Of a DNA stretch of 64,000 bases, positions 17,307 through 26,281 are shown in pieces; the first letter of the stretch is position 1; every line of letters begins with the position of its first letter. Source of the stretch: a virus; IMG/VR virus record IMGVR_UViG_3300044568_003939, one strand, 5' to 3'. The notes below the pieces were generated by a model, which was not told where the DNA came from, ran no database searches, and worked only from the letters and a program-made list of their open reading frames with translations. Both the position numbers and the translations under genes were made by a program.

Positions 17307-18077
17307 ATGCCAATCAACCCAATCGCACACCGTAGAGAAAAGAAACGTAAGGCCGCCGAAGCAGCAATGTATCATGATGATGCGTTGGCTGGAATTGAAA
17401 ATGGAATGGCCGCTACCTTTTCATACAACTTTAAAATTAAAAAGCCATTTCACTTTAATGAAAATCACAAAGGGTTTTATGATAGTATCAAGTGCGATGA
17501 CTCCAACATGACTTTTGTTGATGGCCCTGCTGGCAGTGCTAAAAGTTATATTGCAGTACTCGCCGCGCTTGAGCTGTTCAAGGAAAAAAAGATTAAGAAC
17601 GTCATCTATATTCGTAGTGTAATTGAGAGCGCTTCACGCAGTATTGGTTCACTACCTGGGGAAGTTGATGACAAGTTCTTGCCATATGCAATGCCACTAC
17701 TTGAAAAAGTTAAGGAGATTACAGATGATGCAACATGCTTGCAACTAAAAACAGCCAACATCATTAGTGCTATTCCCGTCAACTTTTGCCGCGGCTTGAC
17801 ATTTAATGATAGTATAGTAATTATTGATGAAGCCCAAAACTTAACCAAAAGTGAGATTGTAACCATCCTTACACGCTTCGGTAAGAACAGCCGTTATGTT
17901 GTTTGTGGTGACCTTAAGCAAAGCGATATTGGCAAGCTTAGCGGCTATAAGGAAATCTACAATAAATTTGATACGCCAGAAGCGGCACAAAACCATATTC
18001 ATGTATATAAATTTGGACAAAACGAAATTGTTCGCAGTAAGATCTTGCGCTTCATTGTTAGCGTTCTTGAAGCATAA
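17307..18077 (+). CDS. phoH: PhoH family ATPase
   Basis: GPAGSAKS, RGLTF, IIDEAQN and GDLKQSD motifs. Confidence 0.92.
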   Translation: MPINPIAHRREKKRKAAEAAMYHDDALAGIENGMAATFSYNFKIKKPFHFNENHKGFYDSIKCDDSNMTFVDGPAGSAKSYIAVLAALELFKEKKIKNVIYIRSVIESASRSIGSLPGEVDDKFLPYAMPLLEKVKEITDDATCLQLKTANIISAIPVNFCRGLTFNDSIVIIDEAQNLTKSEIVTILTRFGKNSRYVVCGDLKQSDIGKLSGYKEIYNKFDTPEAAQNHIHVYKFGQNEIVRSKILRFIVSVLEA

Positions 18078-18089
18078 TGCATTTTTTCC

Positions 18090-18266
18090 TTTACAATATA
18101 ATATAACTTGTTATAATAATATAAGATTCCATTCCGCAACGGCTTCGCATTATACCTTAACAAATCTGGTGTTACCGTAGGTTCCCGCAGGGATGATTGA
18201 GAATCGGAGAAAGAGCAGTTAGACTCTAATCCCATGGCCGATATGATTCAGCCATGGGATTTTTTT
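18090..18266 (+). ncRNA. Candidate ORF-less transcription unit (about 140 nt) or structured DNA element
   Basis: TTTACA-N16-TATAAT, no + strand ORF, mini-hairpins, terminator. Confidence 0.45.
18228..18266 (+). terminator. Rho-independent terminator
   Basis: aatcccatggc/gccatgggatt stem followed by T run. Confidence 0.85.
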
Positions 18267-19980
18267 ATAATACACGAGCTAAGAAGCTGTCGCTGAAGTA
18301 TCGCTTGTTGCCTTTTATAAACTTTGCAGCACGATCATCGAGTATATAAGTTGTGCTCCAATCGTCAGCGTGACGAGTGCTGCGCCCTGCACTTTGTTCA
18401 AGTACAGCAGCCGTTTCTCCAAAGTAAACGTCTTTCTGAAATTTATAGCGGCGACTCCACAATTGGCTGCTTACATTTGGAAAGCTTAATTTGAATATGA
18501 TGTTGAATCGTGCCAGCTCGTCACTCAAGTCGATTCCTGTGAATAGTGATGGCCCGCACAATACAGCATTGCTAGGCAATTCACGAATGCGCTTTAACAG
18601 CTCAAGCTTTTCAGCAGTCCCATTGTAAGTGTATAGTCGAGCTGCATGTCGTGAGCGGTCAAGTAAACTATTCATAATGACATTTGTTGTTGTATGAATA
18701 ATGCCGCGTTCACTGCTGTGTGAGTCAAGCAAGCGATCAATCTTTTTGATTGCAGAGTCGACACTTGCCCGCCCATTGCTATATGACATGTTACTTGTTG
18801 CACAACAAACAATTGGACTTTTTAGCGGATCCCAATCGCTTTGAATATCAATTATGTGTGTTGTAGCTGGGTTTAAGTTCCAGCGCTGTATCAACAATTC
18901 AGGCTGCAGCGTAGCGCTCATGTATATACGCACACCTGCATGTCGCCGAAAATGCTTGTGAAAAAGGTTGTAATCGGAAAGATTATGATATGACCGATCT
19001 CCGCCGTCGCCATTGCAAGCAACAAGATTGCGAAGCCCATGCACTTCAATCATTTGTGTATAGTCTTCAACTTTACAATGTTGATCTTTAACGTCATCAG
19101 CCAGCACAAATAATGCACGTGCTTCGCGAGGAAGTTTAGCGCTATATTGTTTTAGTGCTTCAGGTGATAAGTTGGCTGGCAAGTATTTTGCAGTCACAGC
19201 GGCCTTAACAGTATGAATGTCGTGAAGAAGATCTGTATAAGCTTTATAAACTCGTTTGAGCGCATCGTGATGTAATGCTGGTGAAACACCTTCGGCATGA
19301 CTTAATGCATGCTGTAATGCGGTTTGCAGTGCTTTTGTTGATACCGTAAAAGTAAAGCCGCAATTGTTTAGTGCACCTATTACAGCGTCAATTCTATTAA
19401 CGACCTTTTCATTAAGGCGACACGCAAAGTGACTTTCAATGATGTCAGGTATTTTGTGCGCCTCATCGCATATAACAACGTCACGCCGACAAAACGGCGG
19501 GCTCTTATACATTTTGGGCAAGACATAATTCATTTGAATTAGCCAATAAGAATAATTCATTAAGACGCGATCGCTTTGGCGTGCAGTGTCCCATCGGGTC
19601 AAATAGCCGCATGTAGCAGCGCAAGGCATTGAAGCAATTGCTTCTTTATTGCTAAGGCCTAAATTGCGGCAAACACCCAATGAGAATTTTTCGCCATTCA
19701 CGTCGCACGTGTATGTGTCAATGCCAGAAATACTTGTCACGTCGGAATGAAGTGAAGAAAATTTTCCTTTGCAGTCAACTTCATACTGTTGCTGTAAACT
19801 TTTTTCGCTTGTTAGTATATATGACTTTTGCCCGTTTGCTTTAAGCAGCCGCGAAAGTTCAAGAGCAATAAGACTTTTTCCAGTGCCTGTTGGCGCTTGA
19901 ATAAAAATGTCATGTTTCCCATTTTCTATGGCTGCTTGAATTTCAAGCAGCGCCTCTTTTTGTGCTTCTCGTAATTGCAT
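18265..19980 (-). CDS. DinG/XPD (Rad3)-like SF2 helicase
   Basis: APTGTGKS, four Cys (possible FeS cluster), DEAH, SATL and QSAGRSTR motifs. Confidence 0.85.
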   Translation of the reverse strand: MQLREAQKEALLEIQAAIENGKHDIFIQAPTGTGKSLIALELSRLLKANGQKSYILTSEKSLQQQYEVDCKGKFSSLHSDVTSISGIDTYTCDVNGEKFSLGVCRNLGLSNKEAIASMPCAATCGYLTRWDTARQSDRVLMNYSYWLIQMNYVLPKMYKSPPFCRRDVVICDEAHKIPDIIESHFACRLNEKVVNRIDAVIGALNNCGFTFTVSTKALQTALQHALSHAEGVSPALHHDALKRVYKAYTDLLHDIHTVKAAVTAKYLPANLSPEALKQYSAKLPREARALFVLADDVKDQHCKVEDYTQMIEVHGLRNLVACNGDGGDRSYHNLSDYNLFHKHFRRHAGVRIYMSATLQPELLIQRWNLNPATTHIIDIQSDWDPLKSPIVCCATSNMSYSNGRASVDSAIKKIDRLLDSHSSERGIIHTTTNVIMNSLLDRSRHAARLYTYNGTAEKLELLKRIRELPSNAVLCGPSLFTGIDLSDELARFNIIFKLSFPNVSSQLWSRRYKFQKDVYFGETAAVLEQSAGRSTRHADDWSTTYILDDRAAKFIKGNKRYFSDSFLARVL

Positions 19981-19988
19981 CAGGTATT

Positions 19989-20017
19989 ATTATAATCAAA
20001 AAATAGGCATATGTAAA
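19989..20017 (-). promoter_or_regulatory. Early promoter TTTACA-N17-TATAAT for the helicase
   Basis: Reverse-strand consensus; ATG 8 nt downstream. Confidence 0.75.
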
Positions 20018-20033
20018 CAAAAAAAATGACTCC

Positions 20034-20126
20034 GTTGAATATCAACGAGTTACGGCAAAAAATACATTTCACTAAAAAAAGTCCTTTACAAGTGGGCATT
20101 TTTAGAGTACAATGATCACGTAAGCA
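20034..20126 (+). promoter_or_regulatory. Early promoter cassette (20-bp motif inverted)
   Basis: TTTACA at 20085, TACAAT at 20108. Confidence 0.8.
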
Positions 20127-20366
20127 ATGGCAACCACCTACCTCACCGAACCTCAAATGGATCAGCTGATTATTCAAGTTCAGCGACTCCGAAAAGGACA
20201 TAAGCTGAATTCTTTGCGTAAAAGATACACCGTAATTGTTGATGATGCGCATCACTATTTCCGCAGCACAACCACTTTAAGGAAGTTCTTAAACTCCTGT
20301 GTTTTTCCTGAAAACTTTCGGATTTTCCGCAATTTTGACAAGGGCGTCAGCATAAATCTTGACTAA
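20127..20366 (+). CDS. Basic hypothetical protein
   Basis: ORF between two early promoters. Confidence 0.7.
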   Translation: MATTYLTEPQMDQLIIQVQRLRKGHKLNSLRKRYTVIVDDAHHYFRSTTTLRKFLNSCVFPENFRIFRNFDKGVSINLD

Positions 20367-20439
20367 ATGCATTTTTCTGAAAAAAGTCCTTTACAAGTGG
20401 GATTTTTTAGTGTATAATAATCTCGTAAGGAACCACAAT
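20367..20439 (+). promoter_or_regulatory. Early promoter cassette
   Basis: TTTACA at 20390, TATAAT at 20413; near-identical to the 5790-5855 copy. Confidence 0.85.
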
Positions 20440-20661
20440 ATGTATAAATTCACTAAAACCGAATACTGCCATACACCAATATCCATGGGCGGAGGGACTG
20501 GAGTCGAAACCAAAGTTTCATTCAGCCGCTCGCCCAAGTTGGCTGCATCACTGCAAGGAGTAATTGTTCGCACTGTTCGCGGTGATTGTGAATGTCCTCA
20601 ACTAACCTACATCCGCTTTGAGCGCGATGGTATGATTCTTAGCGAAGGCTGGATTGACTAA
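20440..20661 (+). CDS. Hypothetical protein
   Basis: ATG after leader. Confidence 0.7.
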   Translation: MYKFTKTEYCHTPISMGGGTGVETKVSFSRSPKLAASLQGVIVRTVRGDCECPQLTYIRFERDGMILSEGWID

Positions 20662-20672
20662 ACTACACTCAT

Positions 20673-21011
20673 ATGAAATTGATTGAAACCACCTCTTTTG
20701 GATATAAGTTTGAAACTAGCAACGGGTGCACTTTTACACGTGAGCGCTTGAAGCCGTGCCACATTGCATATGAACTTGATGGCTGGTATGGCTCACGTTC
20801 GCTATATGAACTTACTGAGCATGACCTCATAACTTTTCCTGAAGCTACTCACCGCATTGCATTGACACAAGATCGCTCGCAAGATGATCCATTTTTTATT
20901 ACTGTTCCTTGCTGGATTAAGAACGGAACCAAACATCAGCTGCAATACATTTCCGACGATGATCAAAACTTTGATCAAGTAAAAATCAAAAAAGTATACG
21001 ACTTCTCCTAA
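20673..21011 (+). CDS. Hypothetical protein
   Basis: Packed ORF. Confidence 0.7.
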   Translation: MKLIETTSFGYKFETSNGCTFTRERLKPCHIAYELDGWYGSRSLYELTEHDLITFPEATHRIALTQDRSQDDPFFITVPCWIKNGTKHQLQYISDDDQNFDQVKIKKVYDFS

Positions 21012-21014
21012 ATT

Positions 21015-21308
21015 ATGACAAAACTTGAAGAACTAAACATCGATCTTGAAATTCACGAAGCATCGTACGCAAAGCTGTTTGACCCAGCATACGTTGCGTA
21101 TTGGCTTAAATTTAAAAAACTTGATGTGAATCTTTTAATCCCATCTTATATTAAAATCATCAAAAGTATCAAGGATGAAATTGCAATGATTGAAAGCAAA
21201 AAGAAACCGAAGGCTGAGTCAACAGCTAAGGTGAAGAAAGCTACTAAAACAGCTGTAAAGACAAAGAAAACAGCTAAAACCGCGACAAAGAAAACACCTA
21301 AAAAATGA
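21015..21308 (+). CDS. Protein with histone H1-like K/A/T-rich tail
   Basis: KVKKATKTAVKTKKTAKTATKKTPKK. Confidence 0.7.
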   Translation: MTKLEELNIDLEIHEASYAKLFDPAYVAYWLKFKKLDVNLLIPSYIKIIKSIKDEIAMIESKKKPKAESTAKVKKATKTAVKTKKTAKTATKKTPKK

Positions 21309-21496
21309 GTGAAATAAAACTTACTAAAGAAGAAGACGTATTGCTGCGAAGCATGCTAAGAGGAATCATCGCTATTGCGGCTGGTGAGCAACAAGCAGCT
21401 GCTCTGTTTGACAATCAACAACTACAAAGTGGAAATGTTCAAACCGTCAATCGTATGGTTGACTATACCAAAAATTTTATCAGAGAAAACGCTTAA
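21305..21496 (+). CDS. Hypothetical protein
   Basis: ATGA overlap. Confidence 0.6.
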   Translation: MSEIKLTKEEDVLLRSMLRGIIAIAAGEQQAAALFDNQQLQSGNVQTVNRMVDYTKNFIRENA

Positions 21497-21497
21497 A

Positions 21498-22496
21498 ATG
21501 AAACTAGCAACAATTGAACGCATTCAAAGCATCACTGCACATCCTAATGCAGACAAGCTTGATCTTGCCACCGTAAGCGGCTATACTTGTATTGTAGGTC
21601 GCGATCAATATGCCGTCGGAGAAGCTGTTGTGCTGATTCAACCAGATACACTATTGCCTGAAGCGCCGTGGAGCGAGATGTTCCGCAAGCGCAGTAATCG
21701 TGTTCGTGCTATGAAGTTGAGAGGCGAATGGAGCTTTGGTATTGTGATGCCATTTTCTACATTCTTTGATGGCATACTGCCAGTGCATTCACTAGCTCCT
21801 GGCTGTGAAGTAAGTCATCTGATTGGAGTCGCCAAGTATGAGCAGCCACAACCGCAGCAACTTGATGCAATGGGTTACCCACCATCTGGATTGCCAAAGA
21901 CTGATGAAGAGCGCTATCAGAACCTTGACGGAACTCTTCCTTATGGCGAACGCGTTGACATCACTCTTAAGATTGATGGCTCAAGTGCAACCTATTTCTG
22001 CAAGATGAATGCAGAGACTGGCGAATATGAAACTGGAATCTGCAGCCGTTCATTGCGCCTCAAACCAGAGTGTGAAAATAACTATACGCGAGCAGAAGCA
22101 CGCTACAACATTTTAGCTAAGCTTAAAGAATATTGCGTCAACAACGGCGTTAGTCTTGCGGTGCGAGGAGAGGTATATGGCGCCGGCATTCAAGCGTTTA
22201 GTACCAATCCGCATGCCGGAGGAGAAGTAAATTTTGCATTGTTTAGCGTATGGGATTTTGAGAAACATGAATACGCTAAACCGTCAGATCTTCACTATTA
22301 TGCTAACCTAGGCTATGCACTCAGCATTCCTTGCGTGCCTTGCATTGAAAAGGATGTGGTGTTGACTCCCGAGATTGTCAAGTATTACGCACAGGGGATT
22401 GATCGCATTGCTGACAAGCCGTTTGAAGGAGTTGTAGTCAAGCACCACTCTGGTTCTTTTAAAGTTTTGAGCCTATCATACGATGAGCGCAAATAA
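21498..22496 (+). CDS. RNA ligase (DRB0094/PHA02142-like) with N-terminal OB domain
   Basis: HPNADKL, KTDEER, KIDGSS, GEVYG, EGVVVK and SFKV motifs. Confidence 0.85.
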   Translation: MKLATIERIQSITAHPNADKLDLATVSGYTCIVGRDQYAVGEAVVLIQPDTLLPEAPWSEMFRKRSNRVRAMKLRGEWSFGIVMPFSTFFDGILPVHSLAPGCEVSHLIGVAKYEQPQPQQLDAMGYPPSGLPKTDEERYQNLDGTLPYGERVDITLKIDGSSATYFCKMNAETGEYETGICSRSLRLKPECENNYTRAEARYNILAKLKEYCVNNGVSLAVRGEVYGAGIQAFSTNPHAGGEVNFALFSVWDFEKHEYAKPSDLHYYANLGYALSIPCVPCIEKDVVLTPEIVKYYAQGIDRIADKPFEGVVVKHHSGSFKVLSLSYDERK

Positions 22497-22938
22497 AAAC
22501 ATTGACCTGAGCAAATACCGCTATGTCTATTATGTAGATTCTGGAGAATTGTATGAAGTTGATGGATGGCATAACCTAGGGCGTTACTCTGATGTAGGCG
22601 GTCTTGTGGCCTATGAAGTAAAGAGCTGGAAACCGTTTCGAGTACGCCGTCTTATTGACGGATTGGTGGTTGACAATAAAGCTGACAATAAAGCTGCATT
22701 TCTCGGTTTTCTCCGCATTCTCCAGCCATGCATTATCAACGAGTTACAACTTTTTTCACAATTTATGCATTTTTTCCTTTACAAGCCGCTTTTTTTAGTG
22801 TATAATAATCTCGTAAGGCAAACCACCACACCATATGACCAACACCACACTATCATCCCACATCGTCAGTCTCAATGCCGCAACTCTCGCTTGGGTTGCA
22901 GAAGATCCGACAAACCGCGGTGCGTGCACCTACACTGA
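22483..22938 (+). CDS. Hypothetical protein, probably 3'-truncated and reading into the promoter cassette
   Basis: The frame runs across the promoter and into the next gene. Confidence 0.45.
   Translation: MSANKNIDLSKYRYVYYVDSGELYEVDGWHNLGRYSDVGGLVAYEVKSWKPFRVRRLIDGLVVDNKADNKAAFLGFLRILQPCIINELQLFSQFMHFFLYKPLFLVYNNLVRQTTTPYDQHHTIIPHRQSQCRNSRLGCRRSDKPRCVHLH
22728..22834 (+). promoter_or_regulatory. Early promoter cassette
   Basis: Inverted 20-bp motif; TTTACA at 22778, TATAAT at 22801. Confidence 0.85.
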
Positions 22939-23266
22939 GGATATGTCCTATTGGAATGAGATGGGCGTTTGCACAGTGGAAGACTTTCAACGCAACGAGC
23001 TGGAATCCACAATTTGGGATTTGTACAAAAGCGTGCATGGAATCCGCCCTCGTTGGGTAAACTTCAAGGAAATGTCAATCGAGGATCTTGAGAAAACCAT
23101 TACAAGTCTCCACGAGACGGCCGCATGGCATGCCGAAATGGAGGAGAAATATGCCGCTCAACAAAAGATTGAGGACGCATGGCGTGCCGAAGTGGATGCA
23201 CACGAAGTCACTCTTTGCATTCCAGGTGAATTGCAATTCGTCCGTGGAACCTGGGCTGTCGCTTAA
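22835..23266 (+). CDS. Conserved phage hypothetical protein (DLYKSVHGIRPR)
   Basis: ORF after leader; motif typical of T4-like early genes. Confidence 0.8.
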   Translation: MTNTTLSSHIVSLNAATLAWVAEDPTNRGACTYTEDMSYWNEMGVCTVEDFQRNELESTIWDLYKSVHGIRPRWVNFKEMSIEDLEKTITSLHETAAWHAEMEEKYAAQQKIEDAWRAEVDAHEVTLCIPGELQFVRGTWAVA

Positions 23267-23283
23267 TATTTAAATCTAACATT

Positions 23284-23607
23284 ATGAAAAAACAAGAAGT
23301 TAAAAAAACATTGGACAGCAATTGCCTGTATGAATTGGACGGTCTCACTCTTCGTGAAGCTGCAGCTTATTTGCTTAAGCGTTCTACTGAATATGAAGCA
23401 GAAGGCTATACCTACATTTCGTTTGATACCGACACGGATTATGACAATACATGCTTGATGATCAATGGCTCTCGCCCTGAAACGACTGAAGAAGCAATTG
23501 CACGATCTGAAGCTGAAGCACGTAGAGCAAGAGTAAGTCATGAACACGATCTGAAGGTCTTTAAGGCTACTGCGGAACGTCTGGGAATTAACATTGAAAA
23601 CATCTAA
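23284..23607 (+). CDS. Hypothetical protein
   Basis: Packed ORF. Confidence 0.7.
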   Translation: MKKQEVKKTLDSNCLYELDGLTLREAAAYLLKRSTEYEAEGYTYISFDTDTDYDNTCLMINGSRPETTEEAIARSEAEARRARVSHEHDLKVFKATAERLGINIENI

Positions 23608-23611
23608 CAGT

Positions 23612-23836
23612 ATGAAACATATTAAACATCTATTGGTGCTGCTCGCTTGCGGCATATCTTTTACCAGTTGTGCTGTAAGCTATGACGCTTATGGCGTGAC
23701 TGTTGCCGCTCCGGTTATATACACTCCTCAGTACTATACATACCGCTGTCGCCCTAGCGTATACTCACATTATGATTATTCCATTGCACGTGCGCATGGC
23801 ATTCAGAATCGTTATATGCGGCGCTGTCATTATTAA
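23612..23836 (+). CDS. Putative lipoprotein
   Basis: Basic N-terminus, hydrophobic stretch, lipobox-like Cys. Confidence 0.6.
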   Translation: MKHIKHLLVLLACGISFTSCAVSYDAYGVTVAAPVIYTPQYYTYRCRPSVYSHYDYSIARAHGIQNRYMRRCHY

Positions 23837-23851
23837 GACCAAAATTTTTCC

Positions 23852-23886
23852 TTTACAACTCTTGTTTTTTATTGTATAATAATCTT
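23852..23886 (+). promoter_or_regulatory. Early promoter TTTACA-N17-TATAAT, likely leaderless
   Basis: ATG 6 nt after the -10. Confidence 0.75.
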
Positions 23887-24228
23887 ATGGAAGTAGAATA
23901 TACATGTACTGAAGATGGAATGATTCAATTTCATTGCACTGACTCTGATGGCGCAGTGTATGGTGTTGCAGACACCGTTAGCGATGGGCTGATCACCGAT
24001 ACACTCGTCATTAATATGGAAACATATGATGAAGTTGAAGATAGCGAGCTGTTTAAGCGTATTGTGATTGCGCGCGCGGCTTTTATGAATGACAATTACT
24101 TTGTGCAGGAAGCACTCACCGTAAAAACCACGGAACGCGCCAAACGTGCCTTGGGACGTGCCGCATTTTCTTCGCTGAACGTCCAAGGTGACGGATCGTC
24201 CGTCACTAACACTCAACCAACAAAATAA
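23887..24228 (+). CDS. Hypothetical protein
   Basis: ORF after promoter. Confidence 0.65.
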   Translation: MEVEYTCTEDGMIQFHCTDSDGAVYGVADTVSDGLITDTLVINMETYDEVEDSELFKRIVIARAAFMNDNYFVQEALTVKTTERAKRALGRAAFSSLNVQGDGSSVTNTQPTK

Positions 24229-24602
24229 TGCCACTACCACCAACACCCGCCGACAGCCCAGTCATCTATGGTGCATCGCTTGTGATCCCAACAAACCCAT
24301 CGTGGGCAAACAGTCCGATCCATCAAGAGGTTCAGGAGTGGGAGAAGGAGTCGATCCATTCCCAGTATGTGAACAAACCAAGTGAGACATTGGTCGCCGC
24401 GCTCGATGAGCTGGACGATCAACTGGATCAAATAATACTCCGACTTGGCGAAACGCAAGAACGCATGATTGATGCGGAGAGGCAGCGGGACAGGCTGGCT
24501 GAGGCTTTGAATAGAGCGTGTGCCAATCCAACGACTGGCACCTGGTATCGAGAAGCCCAAGACGCTTTAGCTGCATGGAAGGTGGCGCGCTGTGAATCCT
24601 GA
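24228..24602 (+). CDS. Coiled-coil mosaic protein
   Basis: QERMIDAERQRDRLAEALN module shared with 24882. Confidence 0.65.
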   Translation: MPLPPTPADSPVIYGASLVIPTNPSWANSPIHQEVQEWEKESIHSQYVNKPSETLVAALDELDDQLDQIILRLGETQERMIDAERQRDRLAEALNRACANPTTGTWYREAQDALAAWKVARCES

Positions 24603-24885
24603 ACAACAAAGAATCGCCATAGCGGAAGCGTGTGGGTTTGCTAAAGACTGGGATTTTAAAAGGGCGCAACCTTGCCGTGGATGGTGTGTCACTAGCCTTC
24701 CCGACTACCTCAACGACCTCAACGCGATGCACGAGGCGGAGAATGTGCTGACGAACGAACAATGGTGGTTGTTTGTGGAGTTTCTTACTGAAATCCGTGG
24801 TGGTGGTGTAGCTCTTTGTATTTCAGCCACCGCTGCTCAACGCGCTGAAGCCTTTTTGAAAACACTGAACCTATGGAAACCATGA
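24592..24885 (+). CDS. DYLNDLNAM family protein
   Basis: Paralog of 2561 and 25541. Confidence 0.8.
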   Translation: MNPEQQRIAIAEACGFAKDWDFKRAQPCRGWCVTSLPDYLNDLNAMHEAENVLTNEQWWLFVEFLTEIRGGGVALCISATAAQRAEAFLKTLNLWKP

Positions 24886-25544
24886 ATACAGACACACCAG
24901 AAACAGACGGAGAATGGAACCGCCTAGCTTGCCAAGACCACCCGGAATTTGAACGGAACCTAGCTGACTTCGCCCGTAAGCTCGAACGCGAGCGCGATGA
25001 GGTGCTGGAGCAGGTGCAACAACTGAACCACCAACTCGATAGATCGCAAGCAGCCGGAACAATCTGGTATCGCCGCTGTTTCAGCGAGGATGCGGAATGG
25101 AATCTAGGAGAGTTGACCAAGCTGACTGAGGAGCGCGATGAACTCCGCGACATGCTACAAGAAGAACAACGGCTGCACATCCAGACGCTTAATGAGCGCG
25201 ACGAGGCGCGGGAGGAGACGATCCGAACCCGCGAGTTCATGGGTCGCGGATTTGCTAAGGCTAAAGAGGAACTCGCGACAATGGAAACCCGCCATGCCGC
25301 CACGATGATGCACACTCAGAGCGTTGTCGAAGATGCTAAACAATTACGGGAGCAGCGGGATGCTGTAACACTCAGATTAGGCAATACTCAAGAACGCATG
25401 ATTGATGCGGAGAGGCAGCGGGACAGGCTGGCGGAGGCTTTGAATAAAATACAATTAGTTATGGTAGATGGCTTCGACAAACTAAAAAGAATTGATGAGA
25501 TTGCAACCGAAGCACTCCAATCCCTAACCCCGAAGGAACTATGA
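24882..25544 (+). CDS. TPETD-motif coiled-coil mosaic protein
   Basis: ATGA overlap; shared modules. Confidence 0.75.
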   Translation: MNTDTPETDGEWNRLACQDHPEFERNLADFARKLERERDEVLEQVQQLNHQLDRSQAAGTIWYRRCFSEDAEWNLGELTKLTEERDELRDMLQEEQRLHIQTLNERDEAREETIRTREFMGRGFAKAKEELATMETRHAATMMHTQSVVEDAKQLREQRDAVTLRLGNTQERMIDAERQRDRLAEALNKIQLVMVDGFDKLKRIDEIATEALQSLTPKEL

Positions 25545-25846
25545 ACAAAGAACAACAAAGAATCACCATCGCGGAAGCGTGTGGATGGACGAAAATTTCC
25601 GATTGGAAAGCGGCAGGAATTAACGGGCAACACCCAACTGAACCGTGGATAGAAGTAATTCCCGACTACCTCAACGACCTCAACGCGATGCACAAAGCGG
25701 AGGACACAATGTATGATGGTCAACTGTGGATTGAATATGAAATCGAACTCACCACTGCAATGGACCATGTTGGATGGCAATTTCACGCTACCGCCGCTCA
25801 ACGCGCTGAAGCCTTCCTGAAAACACTGAACCTATGGAAACCATGA
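25541..25846 (+). CDS. DYLNDLNAM family protein
   Basis: Paralog of 24592. Confidence 0.8.
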   Translation: MNKEQQRITIAEACGWTKISDWKAAGINGQHPTEPWIEVIPDYLNDLNAMHKAEDTMYDGQLWIEYEIELTTAMDHVGWQFHATAAQRAEAFLKTLNLWKP

Positions 25847-26277
25847 AGACAGACACACCAGAGACAGACGGAGAATGGAACCGCCTAGCTTGCCAAGACC
25901 ACCCCGCAACTGGATGGGGCTTCGCCAGAAAGTCACCCGACACCACTAACCACGAAAATACTATGCAAACCGAAAATGATACATCGAAGCTGGAAGACTC
26001 ACCCGAACAAGAGGATGGTGAGGGTTGCTCAGGAGCGTCTTGTTCGCGGTCTTTGTTGACCGATAGACTGCGATCTGAGTTGCACGAATCGAACGCCCCT
26101 CAAGTGGTGTGCTACAATCAAATGATGCTGCTGGCACGCAAACTGGAATCAGCATTGCGAGACATGATTGATGCGGAGGATAGACACGGATACGGGGCGA
26201 GCATGAGTCATCCGCGCGTCACGAGGGCGCGTTCCGCTGCGGTCAAAATTCTTTCCGCGAAGCCCTCAACCAACTAA
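25843..26277 (+). CDS. TPETD-motif chimeric protein
   Basis: First 21 aa near-identical to 24882, then diverges. Confidence 0.6.
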   Translation: MKTDTPETDGEWNRLACQDHPATGWGFARKSPDTTNHENTMQTENDTSKLEDSPEQEDGEGCSGASCSRSLLTDRLRSELHESNAPQVVCYNQMMLLARKLESALRDMIDAEDRHGYGASMSHPRVTRARSAAVKILSAKPSTN

Positions 26278-26281
26278 ATCT

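Larger units (their letters stand above)
24456..25904 (+). repeat. Imperfect tandem duplication (period about 930-960 bp) with variable inserts
   Basis: 24456-24513 matches 25389-25446; 24829-24943 matches 25790-25904. Confidence 0.85.

Noticed and set aside
18121-18230. tRNA gene
   Set aside because: No cloverleaf, T-loop consensus or acceptor stem could be built
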